Assembly (NCBI GenBank): GCA_949289845.1
Contig: CASEPN010000003.1
Location: 11,154 to 75,153 of the forward strand
Length of the DNA stretch: 64,000 bases
Direction: 5' to 3'
DNA from: an uncultured Bacillota bacterium
GTDB lineage: Bacteria > Bacillota_I > Bacilli_A > RFN20 > CAG-826
A program made the translations under genes and the position numbers. Shown here one piece after another: positions 62,869 to 64,000 of this stretch. The notes under the pieces are model-generated. The model worked only from the letters and a program-made list of their open reading frames with translations. It was not told where the DNA came from and made no database searches. Every line of letters starts with the position of its first letter. Within the stretch, counting starts at the first letter, position 1.

Positions 62869-64000
62869 ATGTTCTTTCCTGACGACAGCGAAAGGCTCGT
62901 GCGGGCCTACGGCGGTCATCCGGACCCATATTTCGTAAGAAAGCCGTACCTTCTTTTGGACGGGCAGTGGGAGTTTTCCATCACCCCTGAGGAGAAGATG
63001 CCCCTTGCCTATCCGAAGGAGATAAGGGTTCCCTACGCCCCTGAGTGCAAGAGGTCGGGGCTCGGGATCATCATCCGGAAGGGTTCCTTCCTCCATTATC
63101 GGAAGGAGGTCATCGTTCCGAAGGAGTGGGCCGGAAGAAGGGGCCTCCTGAAGTTCATGGCGGTCGACCAGATCGCCGACGTCTACTGGAACGGGGCGAA
63201 GGTGCGCCACCACGAAGGCGGGTACTTTCCTTTCAGCGCCCAGGTGCCCTTCCTTTCCAGAAGGAACGTGCTGGAGGTCATCGCGAGGGACGACGTGCAG
63301 GACCCTCGCTTCTACCGCGGGAAGCAATGGGTGCGTCCCGGGGGGATCTACTATCGCGAGACATCGGGAATTTGGCAAAGCGTGATCCTCGAGCTTCTCC
63401 CGGAAGGCCCGTTCGTGAAGGCCATCCAGGTGGAGCCTGTCTACGACCAGCGTTCCGTGAACGTCTTCCTGGATGCCGTGGAAGAGCCGCTGGAGGACGC
63501 CTGGGCGGAATGCTTCCTCGACGGGAGGAAGGTCGGGGAGGCCTCCTTCGACGAGAACCTCGGGGCAAGGATCGACCTTCGCTACGAGTTCTACCCATGG
63601 TGCTCGGAGAATCCCGCCGTCTACGAGCTTCTCATCCATTACGGGGAGGACCTCGTCCAGAGCAGCTTCCTGTTCCGGAAGGTCGAGCGGTCCAGGGGGA
63701 AGGAGGGCCCTGTCCTTCTATTGAATGGCACCCCCCAGTACCTTTCCCTCGTCCTCGACCAGGGCTACCACGGGGAAGGCGGGATGACTGCGACCATGGA
63801 GGAGATGGCAGACGATCTTCTCCTTGCTAAGCGCGCCGGCTTCCAGGGCGTAAGGAAGCACATGAAGATCGAGCCTCCCGTCTTCTATCACATGGCGGCG
63901 AGGCTGGGCCTCGCGGTTATGCAGGACGTACCCGCCGGAGGGGAGGCGATCCCCTTCGTCCGGAACAGCCTCCTCGGGCTTCTGGGAGGGGACAGGGACG
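62869..64000 (+). CDS. Glycoside hydrolase family 2 (beta-galactosidase/glucuronidase-like), 3'-truncated
   Basis: Missing from the ORF track because no stop falls in the window. My translation gives MFFPDD..LLLDGQWEF..VPY.PE..SG..AVDQ...WNG...HEGGYFPF..RGKQ..GGIYY..TSGIWQSV..VLLLNG...L..VLDQGY..G..T..GF.GVRKH.KIEP..FY. Confidence 0.9.
   Translation, partial: MFFPDDSERLVRAYGGHPDPYFVRKPYLLLDGQWEFSITPEEKMPLAYPKEIRVPYAPECKRSGLGIIIRKGSFLHYRKEVIVPKEWAGRRGLLKFMAVDQIADVYWNGAKVRHHEGGYFPFSAQVPFLSRRNVLEVIARDDVQDPRFYRGKQWVRPGGIYYRETSGIWQSVILELLPEGPFVKAIQVEPVYDQRSVNVFLDAVEEPLEDAWAECFLDGRKVGEASFDENLGARIDLRYEFYPWCSENPAVYELLIHYGEDLVQSSFLFRKVERSRGKEGPVLLLNGTPQYLSLVLDQGYHGEGGMTATMEEMADDLLLAKRAGFQGVRKHMKIEPPVFYHMAARLGLAVMQDVPAGGEAIPFVRNSLLGLLGGDRD

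Noticed and set aside
1-64000. tRNA, rRNA, tmRNA, SRP, riboswitch or CRISPR loci
   Set aside because: Intergenic gaps are short and none showed cloverleaf, T-box, riboswitch-core or repeat-spacer signatures on inspection; a covariance-model scan was not possible.

Overview
GC-rich (sampled 60-nt lines about 62-68%) bacterial chromosome segment using the standard genetic code (TGA = stop). Gene content and architecture point to a reduced-genome, Mollicutes-like gut Bacilli lineage such as RF39/RFN20 or 'Ca. Enteromonas'-like. This is an inference: many Ser-tethered acidic lipoproteins, a ClpB without its N-domain behind a CIRCE box, and Opp ATPases with large insertions. Housekeeping and stress genes: sbcDC, rpmE, metG-rlmD-ogt, MATE, clpB, hsp20, fprA, Xaa-Pro peptidase. 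There is a complete starch/maltodextrin locus (SusE/F-like lipoprotein, LacI, GH13, ABC importer), an oppABCDF operon bracketed by two M6-family lipoprotein proteases, a 16-kb cluster of large uncharacterised lipoproteins, and a GH2 truncated by the window end. No rRNA, tRNA, CRISPR array, intact transposase, integrase or phage gene was recognised. Most notable observations: (1) a low-GC secreted-protein/membrane-protein pair resembling a toxin-immunity module; (2) a five-member paralogous two-domain lipoprotein family; (3) a LacI/cre-type palindrome shared by the starch lipoprotein and uncharacterised lipoproteins; (4) at least six or seven apparently leaderless genes; (5) an unannotated 41-aa protein with its own promoter, SD and terminator; (6) a stand-alone PIN nuclease with a novel duplicated helical module. 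All domain calls are from motif recognition by eye; no database searches were run.
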